DNA from: Patescibacteria group bacterium
Lineage (GTDB): Bacteria > Patescibacteriota > Minisyncoccia > Phycocordibacterales > JACOZG01
NCBI GenBank assembly: GCA_034658935.1
Contig: JAYEGE010000008.1
Location: forward strand, 3,400-67,399
Direction of reading: 5' to 3'
Length of the DNA: 64,000 nucleotides
Position 1 is the stretch's first letter, and each line of letters begins with the position of its first letter. Below are positions 28,382 to 38,501 of the stretch, one piece after another. Below the pieces are notes generated by a model. It did not search any database and had not been told where the DNA came from. It saw nothing but the letters and a program-made list of their open reading frames with translations. Position numbers and translations under genes: made by a program.

Positions 28382-29197
28382 ATGAAGAAAATTTTACTAA
28401 GCTTGGGCGTAGTTGCTTTTGCCGCTGCCCTCGTCGCTGGTGGCACCGGAGCTTTCTTCTCTGATGAGGAAGTTTCGTCCGGCAACACCTTTACCGCTGG
28501 ATCAATTGATCTCGGTATCGACAATGAGAGTTATTATAATGGTGAGGCTAACCCAGGCACTTCATGGTTAGAGGTCGCCTTTGACCTCGATGATGGCGCA
28601 GGTCCTTCTACCGATGGTAAGTACCTCTTCTTCGAATTTGATGACCTTAAGCCGGGAGATTATGGTGAAGATACTATCTCTATCCACGTCAATAATAACG
28701 AATCTTGGCTCTGTGCTGACGTTACTTTGACCAGTGATGATGATAATGCTCTAACTGAGCCTGAAGAGGATGATGGAGATGATACTGACGGCGTAGGTGA
28801 GGGTGAATTGGCCAGTGCGGTTGAGTTCATCTGGTGGGCAGACGATGGCGACAATGTCCTTGAGGACAATGAGACCCTATTGCCAGCTGGTACCTTGGGC
28901 GAATTGGGTGTTGATGGAACTGCTTCCATCACTCTCGCTGACTCTCACGTGAATATCTGGGGCGATGATGGTCCTGTTGCGGGATCTTCTACCCGCTACG
29001 TTGGTAAGGCTTGGTGTTTCGGTGAATTTACCATTAATCCTGTAGCTGAGGGCGACAATGACCCATTGGTAGACCCAGGATTCACCTGTAATGGCGCTAA
29101 CGAGAACAATATCACTCAGACCGACAGTATGACCGCTGATATTGGTTTCCGGGCAGTCCAGGCTCGTCACAATGCAGACTTCTCCTGCCGGGACTAG
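28382..29197 (+). CDS. TasA/CalY-like SipW-dependent secreted protein
   Basis: GGTGAFFSDEEVSSGNTFTAGSIDL SipW-type signal; DLKPGD; terminal AVQAR. Confidence 0.85.
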   Translation: MKKILLSLGVVAFAAALVAGGTGAFFSDEEVSSGNTFTAGSIDLGIDNESYYNGEANPGTSWLEVAFDLDDGAGPSTDGKYLFFEFDDLKPGDYGEDTISIHVNNNESWLCADVTLTSDDDNALTEPEEDDGDDTDGVGEGELASAVEFIWWADDGDNVLEDNETLLPAGTLGELGVDGTASITLADSHVNIWGDDGPVAGSSTRYVGKAWCFGEFTINPVAEGDNDPLVDPGFTCNGANENNITQTDSMTADIGFRAVQARHNADFSCRD

Positions 29198-29266
29198 ATC
29201 GAGATACCTGACAATAACGTCTAGTCTTTGACTAAACGGTAACTATTACTGATTAACAAAAACCCC

Positions 29267-30667
29267 ATGAAGAAAAGAATCCTATTAAGTCTAGGGGTCG
29301 TGGCCGTAATGGCTGCAGCGGTGGCTGGTGGCACCGGTGCTTTCTACGCTGACCATGAGGTCTCCGCGGGGAACACCTTTACTGCCGGGGCCATTGACCT
29401 CAAGATAGACAACGAGAGCTACTACAACGGGGCTGTCTCTGAAGAAACGACCTGGTTAGAACCGGCCGATCTTGATGAGGGGAAATTATTTTTCAACTTC
29501 AACGATCTTAAGCCGGATGACGAGGGCGAGGATACGATCTCTATTCATGTCAACAATAACGATGCTTGGCTATGTCTAGATATGACCTCGACCTCTAATG
29601 ATGACATCTCATCCAATGAGCCGGAGCTGGATACTTCTGATCCAGAAGACGATCCTAATGATACTTGGGACGGCGAATTGGCGGGTCTTATCGAGATGGT
29701 CTGGTGGGTAGATGATGGTGATAATGTGCTAGAGACTGGGGAAGATCTATTGTCTGACGATGTGCAGACCATCACTGAGCTCTTTGGTGATGACAAGACT
29801 TTCTCAGTGGGTTTGGCTGATGCCTTCAATAATGTTTGGACTGGCGAGGCTGGTCCAGCAAATGGCGGCGAAACTTATTATCTTGGTAAGGCTTGGTGCT
29901 ATGGTGATATGACCTTGGCCCCTGTCTCCCAAGACGGTCTAGACAGTTCTGGTCCACTTGATGGGCGCGGTTCTGGCTTTAATTGTGACGGTAGTCTGCT
30001 AGGCAACGAGTCTCAGACTGACGGCACAACTTTGGATGTAGCCTTTAGGGCTACTCAGGCTAGACATAATCCCACCTTCACTTGTAACGGTAATCAGCCG
30101 CGTACGGCGACGGTTACTGTGATTAAGGAGATTGTCAACGATAACGGAGGCGATAACGTAATTGATGACTTCCAATTGTATGTTGATAACGGTACCGTCG
30201 CCACTCCTGTAACCTCAGGCGTTTCTACTCTAGTGGTGGATGGCGATTATATCGTGAGCGAAACTGGAGTTTCTGGCTACGTGGCTTCCTTCAGTGGTGA
30301 TTGTGATGCTAATGGCCGATTGATGTTAATGCCTGGTGACAATAAGACTTGTACCATCACCAACAACGATCTCCCGGCCAATATTACGTTGATTAAAGAA
30401 GTGATAAATGATGATGGGGGCCAAGATGACCCAACGCAATTTAGGCTTCTAGTTGACGGTAATTTGGTTCCAAACAACACCTCGGTTGCGGTCGACTCTA
30501 ATGTCGCTCATACAATCGACGAGGATAATCGTCCTGGTTATCACTTTGTCAGTATCACTGGTAGCCCTGAGTGCCCAGATGTTCTTGGTGGCACAGCTAC
30601 TCTTGATGAGGGCAAAGTGATTACTTGTACGATCACTAACGACGATGACTACCCTGGTACTAACTAG
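29267..30667 (+). CDS. TasA-like protein with two C-terminal prealbumin/SpaA-like domains
   Basis: Paralogous N-terminal domain; two xIKExxNDxGG...CTITNxD repeats. Confidence 0.8.
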   Translation: MKKRILLSLGVVAVMAAAVAGGTGAFYADHEVSAGNTFTAGAIDLKIDNESYYNGAVSEETTWLEPADLDEGKLFFNFNDLKPDDEGEDTISIHVNNNDAWLCLDMTSTSNDDISSNEPELDTSDPEDDPNDTWDGELAGLIEMVWWVDDGDNVLETGEDLLSDDVQTITELFGDDKTFSVGLADAFNNVWTGEAGPANGGETYYLGKAWCYGDMTLAPVSQDGLDSSGPLDGRGSGFNCDGSLLGNESQTDGTTLDVAFRATQARHNPTFTCNGNQPRTATVTVIKEIVNDNGGDNVIDDFQLYVDNGTVATPVTSGVSTLVVDGDYIVSETGVSGYVASFSGDCDANGRLMLMPGDNKTCTITNNDLPANITLIKEVINDDGGQDDPTQFRLLVDGNLVPNNTSVAVDSNVAHTIDEDNRPGYHFVSITGSPECPDVLGGTATLDEGKVITCTITNDDDYPGTN

Positions 30668-30753
30668 TACCTAGGTTCTGTTGAAGTCTTACTCTCTTGC
30701 TCCAGCCTGGGAAACGGGTTGGGCCAGAGGGCTAAGGCCTGAACGCCTTAAGT

Positions 30754-31281
30754 ATGAAAACTTTATTAAACGTTGGTTATTACGTGTTTATCGCCTTGGT
30801 GGTTGTCATCGGCCTCCTGCTGGTGTCTTCCTATTTCCAGTTTACTGACTCTTACCAGCTTAAAGTGGTCAAGTCTGGCTCAATGGAGCCGGCCATTAAG
30901 ACGGGTAGTTTGGTTTTGATCAGCCCAGCCAGGACTTATGGTGAGGGTGACGTTATCACTTTTGGTCGCGATGTTGGGTCTGCGGTCCCGACAACCCATA
31001 GGATTATTGGGGTGCGGGCAGAGGGCGGGACGATGCTCTATAAGACTAAGGGTGATGCCAATGAGGAGGCCGATCTCAACGAAGTTGCTCGGCGCGAGAT
31101 AATTGGTCGAGTGAATTTGAGTATTCCCATATTAGGTTATTTGTTAGATTTTGCTCGTCAGCCGATAGGCTTTGTTTTACTCATTGTCTTGCCGGCGATC
31201 ATGGTTGCGGTGGATGAGGTTTACAAAATCGTGAAGGAGATTAAAAAGATGCGTCAAAAGCGTCAAGAACATGCTGTTTAA
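30754..31281 (+). CDS. sipW: Signal peptidase I, SipW/ER type
   Basis: SGSMEPAI, THRI and TKGDANE (Ser-His type). Confidence 0.88.
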   Translation: MKTLLNVGYYVFIALVVVIGLLLVSSYFQFTDSYQLKVVKSGSMEPAIKTGSLVLISPARTYGEGDVITFGRDVGSAVPTTHRIIGVRAEGGTMLYKTKGDANEEADLNEVARREIIGRVNLSIPILGYLLDFARQPIGFVLLIVLPAIMVAVDEVYKIVKEIKKMRQKRQEHAV

Positions 31282-33736
31282 AACAAAATCAATCGCTAGT
31301 TGTTTGATCGGAGTTGCTGTTGTTGCAGTCCTAGTCCTTCTGTCGTCCGCAGCCCTGGCCTATTACCAGGACCCAGAGGTGGGGGGCTTGGTGGGGCAGG
31401 CCACGGACCTAGACTTCATTTTAGACGTGGGGGAGTGGGCGCCGGGGGCCGATGTTGATGATTTGGAGCCGGGTGAGTCTGTCGCTCGTCTGATTAGATT
31501 GGTCGATGACGCTCCTCGCCCCTCGACTCCCTTTTGGTACCAGGTAACTGCTCTCGAGACTGGGGGTAATCCTGATTTTTGTGCGGCACTCCAATTAGAC
31601 GCCCAGGTAGACGGTGTCCCGGTCTACGATGGCCCGTTACTTAGTTTGGCTGTGGGTTTTCCACTAGCTTTCGACCCCCTGGCCTCAATTTGGGATATGC
31701 GGGTGTATTTGCCACTCGGTTCACCATCGTTAGATGATCGGCAATGCGATTTCGATTTTGTCTTTCAGGGTTGGCAGGAGCGCTTCGATGTTTTTCCAGA
31801 GGGCTATCATGATGAAGAAGTGTCCTCCAATCAGCTCTCGACTCCAGAGACACGTCAGTGTTTGATGATCAATTTTGAAACGGATGCTAATGATGCTCCG
31901 ATTGAAACTGGGCAGAGAATTAACGATGAATATTCTCCATGGGGCGTACTGATAGATGCACATAATAATAACCATCGTCACCCGGATGAGGCCATTATAT
32001 TTGACTCCGATTTACCCACTGGTCGTGATATAGATTTAGGTACTCCTAATGAAGACTTTGGTGGACCTGGCATCGGTGCTGGTGGACGTCTTGGTACACT
32101 TGGGGCCAATTTCCTTGCTCAGCATAATTTCTTGATCATTGCCGAGAACGATGAAGACGCTAACGGCGATGGCTTAGTTGATGACCCCGACGATGAAAAT
32201 GATGGCGGTTATTTGGGCTTCACCTTCGATCAACCTTCTTGGGTCAAAGAGTTGCGCCTTTTCGATATTGAGGAGCAGGGGGCCGAGGTCCAACTTTACG
32301 ATGAGGCCGGGATCAATTTCTCCACCATCGCCGTACCTCCTCTTGGTGATAACTCGGCGCAATTGGTGTATATCGACCAGGAGAATGTTAAGGAATTGCG
32401 CGTGTCTCTACCGGGCTCGGGTGCGGTGGATGATATCTGTGTCGATGTGCCACCCCCTCCAATACTCGGCTGTAGTCCTGGTTTCTGGAAAAATCATACT
32501 GAGATCTGGTTTGACCTAAATGACCCTTATGATGTTAGCCTCTTAGCCTACTTGGAAGCACAGGGAGATGGGGCCGAAGATCGACGTTATGGAGCTACCG
32601 CCCACCTGAATGCTGAATTCCCAGAGGTTGCTGTTGGGTGTGCTGAGGAAATGCCTCCAGGTACGCCACCACCACCTCCACCATCTTTCCCCGTCGTGTT
32701 AAACGAATTTCTACCGCGGCCACGAGGCGAGGACTATGGTTTTGATTTCGGTAATGATTCCAGTGTCATGCCGCAGGGCGAATGGGTGGAGCTCTACAAT
32801 AATGGTGACCAGGTATATGACCTAAGCGGTTGGTATGTTTGGGATGCCAGCAGCGATGAAAACAATAAGATTATGATTACTGTCGCCAATACCGTACCAG
32901 CCGCTACTGAGATTGCCCCCCACGATTGGTTGGTTGTGTATCTCAATCAGGCGGTCATGAATAATAACGGCGATGAAATTCGACTATATGATGGTGCTGA
33001 TGAATTAGTCGATGCTCATAGTTATAGCGGCGGTAATTATTGTGAACAAGAGCCGACACCAGGAGAGGGTAATGATACTGGCCCGAGCGAGGAGGAGTGC
33101 AATGCCGTTCCGCCGAATAAATCTTACGCCCGCATTCCTGATGGCGTTGGGGCTTGGGTGGACCCCGTTCCAACTCCGGGCGCTCCCAATATTCCAGATG
33201 ACCCAGCACTTGGTATTACCATAGAAATTGCCTTGGATGCTGTTGTGGACTTGGCTGAGAACTTCATTGTTCCATTGCGTGATATTAAGATCGTCAAGAC
33301 TACTAGCAGTGGAGGAGGTGGGTCGTCTTCGGCAGTAGTGACAGCAGCTGAAGTCGCCGATGGCCCAGCGACAGGGGGGCCGGTGGCCGTTAGTGAAGAT
33401 GACACCATGTCGGTTAGTGATACCCCAAACGCCGCAGATATTATTGAGGCAATAGATGCGTTAGGAGGCACTCCGGCAGAAGCCGTTGAGGCCGCCGAAG
33501 GTCCAGTGACGGGGGAGGCAACCGCCGTCGACGAGGGCGATACTGTATCTGCTGGCGTCACCGAGTCGGCAATGCCGGCAACCCCGGCGGACAGTAGTGC
33601 GTCTGCTGAGCCAGCGGTCCCTAGCGCCCCTGAACCAGCTCCGACCCCGGCTTCAGCGCTACCACCACCAGCCCCTGTTCCAGCCGCCGGTGGTGGTGCG
33701 GGTGCGTCTGGCGATAATCAATCAAGTGATGAATAA
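31271..33736 (+). CDS. Large secreted protein with TasA-like N-terminus, lamin-tail domain and Ala/Pro-rich tail
   Basis: VVLNEFLP...EWVELYN...SYARIPDG...PTPGAPN lamin-tail motifs. Confidence 0.75.
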   Translation: MLFKTKSIASCLIGVAVVAVLVLLSSAALAYYQDPEVGGLVGQATDLDFILDVGEWAPGADVDDLEPGESVARLIRLVDDAPRPSTPFWYQVTALETGGNPDFCAALQLDAQVDGVPVYDGPLLSLAVGFPLAFDPLASIWDMRVYLPLGSPSLDDRQCDFDFVFQGWQERFDVFPEGYHDEEVSSNQLSTPETRQCLMINFETDANDAPIETGQRINDEYSPWGVLIDAHNNNHRHPDEAIIFDSDLPTGRDIDLGTPNEDFGGPGIGAGGRLGTLGANFLAQHNFLIIAENDEDANGDGLVDDPDDENDGGYLGFTFDQPSWVKELRLFDIEEQGAEVQLYDEAGINFSTIAVPPLGDNSAQLVYIDQENVKELRVSLPGSGAVDDICVDVPPPPILGCSPGFWKNHTEIWFDLNDPYDVSLLAYLEAQGDGAEDRRYGATAHLNAEFPEVAVGCAEEMPPGTPPPPPPSFPVVLNEFLPRPRGEDYGFDFGNDSSVMPQGEWVELYNNGDQVYDLSGWYVWDASSDENNKIMITVANTVPAATEIAPHDWLVVYLNQAVMNNNGDEIRLYDGADELVDAHSYSGGNYCEQEPTPGEGNDTGPSEEECNAVPPNKSYARIPDGVGAWVDPVPTPGAPNIPDDPALGITIEIALDAVVDLAENFIVPLRDIKIVKTTSSGGGGSSSAVVTAAEVADGPATGGPVAVSEDDTMSVSDTPNAADIIEAIDALGGTPAEAVEAAEGPVTGEATAVDEGDTVSAGVTESAMPATPADSSASAEPAVPSAPEPAPTPASALPPPAPVPAAGGGAGASGDNQSSDE

Positions 33737-35135
33737 ATTAACCCACATCTTATCCTTAGCCTGGCTCCTTGTGGCCATGAGTTGCGCCGGTACAGCTTTG
33801 GCTGATACCCGGCTGGAAGTTACCTTTGATCCTAATCCGCTCTTTGACGTCGGCAATTTTATTCCTGGCGATGAGGAGGAGGGCATAGTTACGGTGGGTA
33901 ATTTAACTGAAGTAAATCAGCAGGTGATTGCAGAGGCTATTAACGTCGACGACCCAGACACCTTGGGTCAGATGATTTCTCTGGAGATTCGTGACGGTGC
34001 TGACAATCAAATTTTTAGCGACGAGTTGGCCGAGTTCTTAAGAATAGGTGAAGTGGACTTAGCCGAGCTCCTTGCTAGCGATAGCCAGACTTTTGTTTTC
34101 ACTGCGAGATTTGAAGATACCGAAGATAATACTTGGCAAGAATCGAGCCTAGCTTTTGATCTATGTATCGGGTTCCGTGGGGATGACCAATCTATGAATT
34201 GTGGAGGGACGGTGATCGGCGAGGAACAGGATCTTGATTCCGGCGACCTCGACGGTGATACTCCTGGCGGCGGCACTGTGAGCGGCGGCCGCCGACTCAC
34301 TATCCATGACGAGCGAGTGGAGAGCATTAACGCCCCAGCTGGCACCGCTGTAATCACTTGGCGAACTAATCTCCTGGCCACCAGTCAGGTCATCTATGGT
34401 CTGTCTGAAGTCGGCCCCTATACTCTTGATCTTGAAGCGATTAATTTTGGCTATTCATCGATGACACCCGAGGACCCTATTAAGGTCCTCGATCATACAA
34501 TGACTATTGGAGGTTTGGTGCCGGGAGCCGTCTATGATTACCGAGTGGTTTCGCGCGCCTCTCCGCCAACTATTAGCCCGGCGCACCAATTTACGGTGCC
34601 GGCCTCTGACGGCACGCCTCCTTCGGAATTATTGGCACTAGTCCCCGGAAATGTTTTGCCGGCTGGTGTTAACTCACCGACGGGCGTAGGGGATCAGGAC
34701 GAAGGCGGCTCATCGCCATCCTCCTCTGGGTTGGTAGACGATAGCGTTGGTGCGGCCGGTCTTGATGGCGGGGGAGATAAGACTGGAGTAGATGGTAATG
34801 CCACCGACACTGGCAATCTTGCTGCTGCCCTGTTTGCCTTCCCAGAGGACTTGGCGGCGTTTCTAGACTGTGCCTGGGCTTGGCTGATCGCTCTCTTAAT
34901 AATCTATATTGTTTGGCGCTTGTGGCGGGCCTATCACCCTCATTATCGCTCTAGCGCTGTTTCGAGCAAAGACTTAGCCATAGACAGGTCTCATTTCTTT
35001 ATGGTTGCCATCGTCGCGGCTGGTATAATCTTGGCCCTGATGGATAGGTATTGCGCTCTCTGGCCACTAATAATCGTCTTCATTATTTTCCTAATCATTC
35101 GTATTAAATTGGGCGGCAGGCAGGTGGCGGCTTAG
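33729..35135 (+). CDS. Surface protein with FN3-like domain and C-terminal TM anchor
   Basis: Signal peptide; AVITWRTNLLATSQVIYG FN3 motif; three C-terminal TM helices. Confidence 0.75.
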   Translation: MNKLTHILSLAWLLVAMSCAGTALADTRLEVTFDPNPLFDVGNFIPGDEEEGIVTVGNLTEVNQQVIAEAINVDDPDTLGQMISLEIRDGADNQIFSDELAEFLRIGEVDLAELLASDSQTFVFTARFEDTEDNTWQESSLAFDLCIGFRGDDQSMNCGGTVIGEEQDLDSGDLDGDTPGGGTVSGGRRLTIHDERVESINAPAGTAVITWRTNLLATSQVIYGLSEVGPYTLDLEAINFGYSSMTPEDPIKVLDHTMTIGGLVPGAVYDYRVVSRASPPTISPAHQFTVPASDGTPPSELLALVPGNVLPAGVNSPTGVGDQDEGGSSPSSSGLVDDSVGAAGLDGGGDKTGVDGNATDTGNLAAALFAFPEDLAAFLDCAWAWLIALLIIYIVWRLWRAYHPHYRSSAVSSKDLAIDRSHFFMVAIVAAGIILALMDRYCALWPLIIVFIIFLIIRIKLGGRQVAA

Positions 35136-36416
35136 CTATTGGCCCAGGCGGAGATTGCCCTTAGCGACAAGGGAAGCCCCGATGTTGCATCGGGGTTCTT
35201 CGCTGTTTAAGGCTCTAAAATAGCCTGCGGCGGCGATCATGGTGGCATTATCGGTTGCCAGGGTGACGTCGGGGAAGAGTACTTTAATTGAGCTATTTTG
35301 GCCCTCTAGGGCCTGTCCCAAAGCTTGCTTGAGGCTTTTGTTGGCCATGACTCCACCGGCGGCAATAAAGGTTTTTGGCCCGTGTTTCTCGGCCGCTTTA
35401 AGGGTTTTGTGGACCAAGACGTCAATTACTGCTTGCTGAAATTCAGCCGCGATGGCCGCCTTGGTGGTTTGATCCAGCTCTTCTGCTCCGCCGAGTTTTT
35501 TGACCAAATAAAGTACCGCCGTTTTGAGCCCTGAAAAGGAAAAATCAAAATCCTTAGAATTAATCATCGGCCTCGGCAGCCCCCACTTGCACTTGGACAT
35601 TGAATGTCCAAGTGGCCCATTCTGACCTGGACATTCAATGTCCAGGTGGTTCTTAGCTAGTTTAGAAATTTCTGGTCCGCCCGGGTAGGGCAGGTCGAGG
35701 ATGCGAGCTACCTTGTCGAAGGCTTCACCGGCGGCATCATCGCGGGTCTGGCCGATAATTTCGTAATCAAGCCAATCGCGCATCAGTACCAACTCCGTAT
35801 GCCCCCCACTTACTATCAACCCCAAAACAGGAAACTCTATTTTTTTGGACTTTGGACTTCGCAATTTGAATTTCCTGTCAGTTATCAGAACTGACAGCAA
35901 GTGTCCTTCTAAGTGATTGATGGGCACCAACGGTTTGCCCCAAGCGAGAGCAAGGGCTTTGGCCGCGTTGATTCCCACCCATAGGGCTGGTTCTAGTCCG
36001 GGGCCTTCAGTGACAGCGATGACGTCAATATCTGACACCTCATTGGCGTCGAGAAAAGCCAGCAGTTTTTCAGCCAACTCTGGCTCACGTTCTAAAATCT
36101 CTTTAATTTCTTCCCGTATTTCTTTCTCAAGTTTGTTGGCCCCGTTTTCTTTTTTTGAACCCCGTCTCGCCGTCGGGCAGGTTTGAACTTTGAACTTTGA
36201 CATTTCTAGTGCCCTCTTCAGTAGGGGCACTAGGCGTTTAGCGTGTTCGCGTTTGGCCAGCATGGGCACCACACCACCGTAGAGGGTGTGTAAGTCTACT
36301 TGCGAATGGACGGCTTCGGCTAGAACTTCAAAAACAGGCCGCTCGAAGCCGCCTTTAGCTGACACTATACTAACCGCTGTCTCGTCGCAGCTTGTTTCAA
36401 TCGCGAGTATTTTCAT
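35136..36416 (-). CDS. tsaD: tRNA N6-threonylcarbamoyltransferase TsaD with several in-frame inserts
   Basis: ILAIETSCDET, HLEGH, VSGGHT, DDAAGEAFDK, FSFSGLKT and DNATMIA. Confidence 0.96.
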   Translation of the reverse strand: MKILAIETSCDETAVSIVSAKGGFERPVFEVLAEAVHSQVDLHTLYGGVVPMLAKREHAKRLVPLLKRALEMSKFKVQTCPTARRGSKKENGANKLEKEIREEIKEILEREPELAEKLLAFLDANEVSDIDVIAVTEGPGLEPALWVGINAAKALALAWGKPLVPINHLEGHLLSVLITDRKFKLRSPKSKKIEFPVLGLIVSGGHTELVLMRDWLDYEIIGQTRDDAAGEAFDKVARILDLPYPGGPEISKLAKNHLDIECPGQNGPLGHSMSKCKWGLPRPMINSKDFDFSFSGLKTAVLYLVKKLGGAEELDQTTKAAIAAEFQQAVIDVLVHKTLKAAEKHGPKTFIAAGGVMANKSLKQALGQALEGQNSSIKVLFPDVTLATDNATMIAAAGYFRALNSEEPRCNIGASLVAKGNLRLGQ

Positions 36417-36726
36417 ATGGTCGGCGAATCGAGTGGACTATAATTGAAAATGTGCGAACCTTTTTTAAGCGAAACGCCTGCGGCGTTTCGCAAAATCCCA
36501 AACTGCTCAGGCGGGGCGGGAAGGAAAGGGGTTGAAGGGGAAAGGAATTCCCGCCCTCCGAAAAAATTTCGCAGCGTTCTTTGAAAATTCCAAATCCCTT
36601 AATGAGTTAATCATAACTCATTTCAGAAAATTTTTCAACAAAAAATATTCTGATTCGGTGGTAAGCTTAGAATAGAAAAAGGGCTACTCACATTTGTGAA
36701 TAGCCCTTGCCAGATCAGAAAACTGG

Positions 36727-38139
36727 TTAGCGTTCTGCCCTGGTATAGAAAGTGAAATCGAGAGCCGACTTCTGTTTCAAGTGTCGCGCTTTCTGGTGGA
36801 GCTTATCTGCTTGCTCGTTCTCTCCGAGGTATTCGGCGAGCGCGGATGCTACTCCGAAGCTTCTGTTGTCGACGGCACATTCGATGGCACCCCGCATTAA
36901 ACGATGCAAGGATTCTTCGAACTTTGCCCGTTCGCACAGCGTGACTTCAAAACTGCAGAGACGAAAGTATCGGCCGAAGCGTGCCAGGATGATCGATGCT
37001 TTGGCGGCTTGTCCGCGCGCCAAACAATTCACCAACATGTCCTCAAAGCACTCCTGGCCTTCTTCCGACCTACACCAATCCCAGCGGCTTGAAGCCAAGG
37101 ACTCCAGCATCTCGAGATATCCCTCGTCGGTAATCTTAAGATGGTGTCCGAGCCAGGTGTAGCGAAGGGTGTCGCCGTCTTCAGACAACAGGTTTTTGAG
37201 GTCGCGCACCAAACACTGCCGGCTTGTTTCTTCAACAACCTTTCGGTTGCTGAGATACTTGCCGTCGATTTTGAGATTCTTCCACCATTCAACGATGCAA
37301 ACAGTGACAAAGTTCTCACGCATGCGCATCTGAAGCATCTGACGCCACAAGTCCTCAAGTTCTTCGATTGTAAAGTACTTAAGCGCATGGTCGATGACCA
37401 GCTGAAGCGACTTGTCCGGCATAAGCCCGGACAGACGGTTCTTATCCTCATCGGTTTGCTCGACTTTGGCAATTTCCTCTTGGGGAATTACTGCCGTAAG
37501 AAGACCGACGGGATCCTTACTACAACCGCCGTGATACACAATGGTCGCAGCGAGTACCTTTTTGTAATACTCGTTGTCAGCGAGATGCGTCCGAACAGCA
37601 AGCATGGCTGAAGCCCAGATGCCGCCGTAGGAAAATTGCTTAACCTTCGGCGTTGACCACTGAGCAAGCATGGCATCAATGATGCGACGCACCAAAGTTT
37701 GCGTTTGCTTGGAATCGAGTTTGAGTCGATTCACTTCCTCTTGAAAGTTGACCCCTTTCGTAACTTGCCCGTCGTTGGCAACGAGCCAAACAGCAAGTCG
37801 ATCGGGAGTATGCGCGTGTGGAGCGAAAACCACATTGCGAACACCATCAGGATACAGAGAATCTAGCGTAACCATAACACCATCTCCTTGAGCGTGCTCC
37901 ATGCCATTAGGCTGAGCGTGCTCCGTTTGAGTTATGAGGGCTTCAAAAGCCCTCTGACCATGATCCCTGCGCAACATTGCCAGGAATCTTGCTGCTTTCG
38001 CCTGCCTACGAGGCCAGCGAGTTGAAGCCAATTCATATGCCTTGTTTGGAGTTTCTGTCCGTGCAAGGTGTATGAGCTCCGCATGTCGCAGAGCAGGCTT
38101 CGCGAGCTTCTGAAGCTCTTCTGAAGTATACTCCGGCAT
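36727..38139 (-). CDS. Hypothetical helical protein in a putative tRNA-Val-linked islet
   Basis: 470-aa ORF with AAAGGAG SD, terminator at 36678-36707 and AT-rich flanks. Confidence 0.7.
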   Translation of the reverse strand: MPEYTSEELQKLAKPALRHAELIHLARTETPNKAYELASTRWPRRQAKAARFLAMLRRDHGQRAFEALITQTEHAQPNGMEHAQGDGVMVTLDSLYPDGVRNVVFAPHAHTPDRLAVWLVANDGQVTKGVNFQEEVNRLKLDSKQTQTLVRRIIDAMLAQWSTPKVKQFSYGGIWASAMLAVRTHLADNEYYKKVLAATIVYHGGCSKDPVGLLTAVIPQEEIAKVEQTDEDKNRLSGLMPDKSLQLVIDHALKYFTIEELEDLWRQMLQMRMRENFVTVCIVEWWKNLKIDGKYLSNRKVVEETSRQCLVRDLKNLLSEDGDTLRYTWLGHHLKITDEGYLEMLESLASSRWDWCRSEEGQECFEDMLVNCLARGQAAKASIILARFGRYFRLCSFEVTLCERAKFEESLHRLMRGAIECAVDNRSFGVASALAEYLGENEQADKLHQKARHLKQKSALDFTFYTRAER

Positions 38140-38341
38140 GCGATTTCTCCTTTCTTTGTCAAAGATCTAATTCTCATCTTATCGTTAGTTTTGAACTCCG
38201 AAATATGGAAAATGAGAATAATATATCTTAGCATAATTCATATTGTGTGTCAAGCCCCAAACAAAAACAGAAATTCGTTAGAATTTCTGTAATAAATCAA
38301 AATGATTTTTTTCCTTTTCCGAAAATTTGCAAAATCCTGTT

Positions 38342-38418
38342 TGGTGGGCGATACAGGGCTCGAACCTGTGACCTTCTCAACGTCAATGAGACGCTCTAGC
38401 CAACTGAGCTAATCGCCC
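38342..38418 (-). tRNA. tRNA-Val(GAC)
   Basis: Reverse complement GGGCGAT...TCTCA-TTGACGT-TGAGA...ATCGCCCACCA. Confidence 0.95.
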
Positions 38419-38501
38419 CTCACCCAGAAAGCTTTTGCTCTTATTTTGCCTCCGCTTTCTGCTATTTGCCTAACTACATTTGGCGTCTCTATCTTACCTT
38501 A

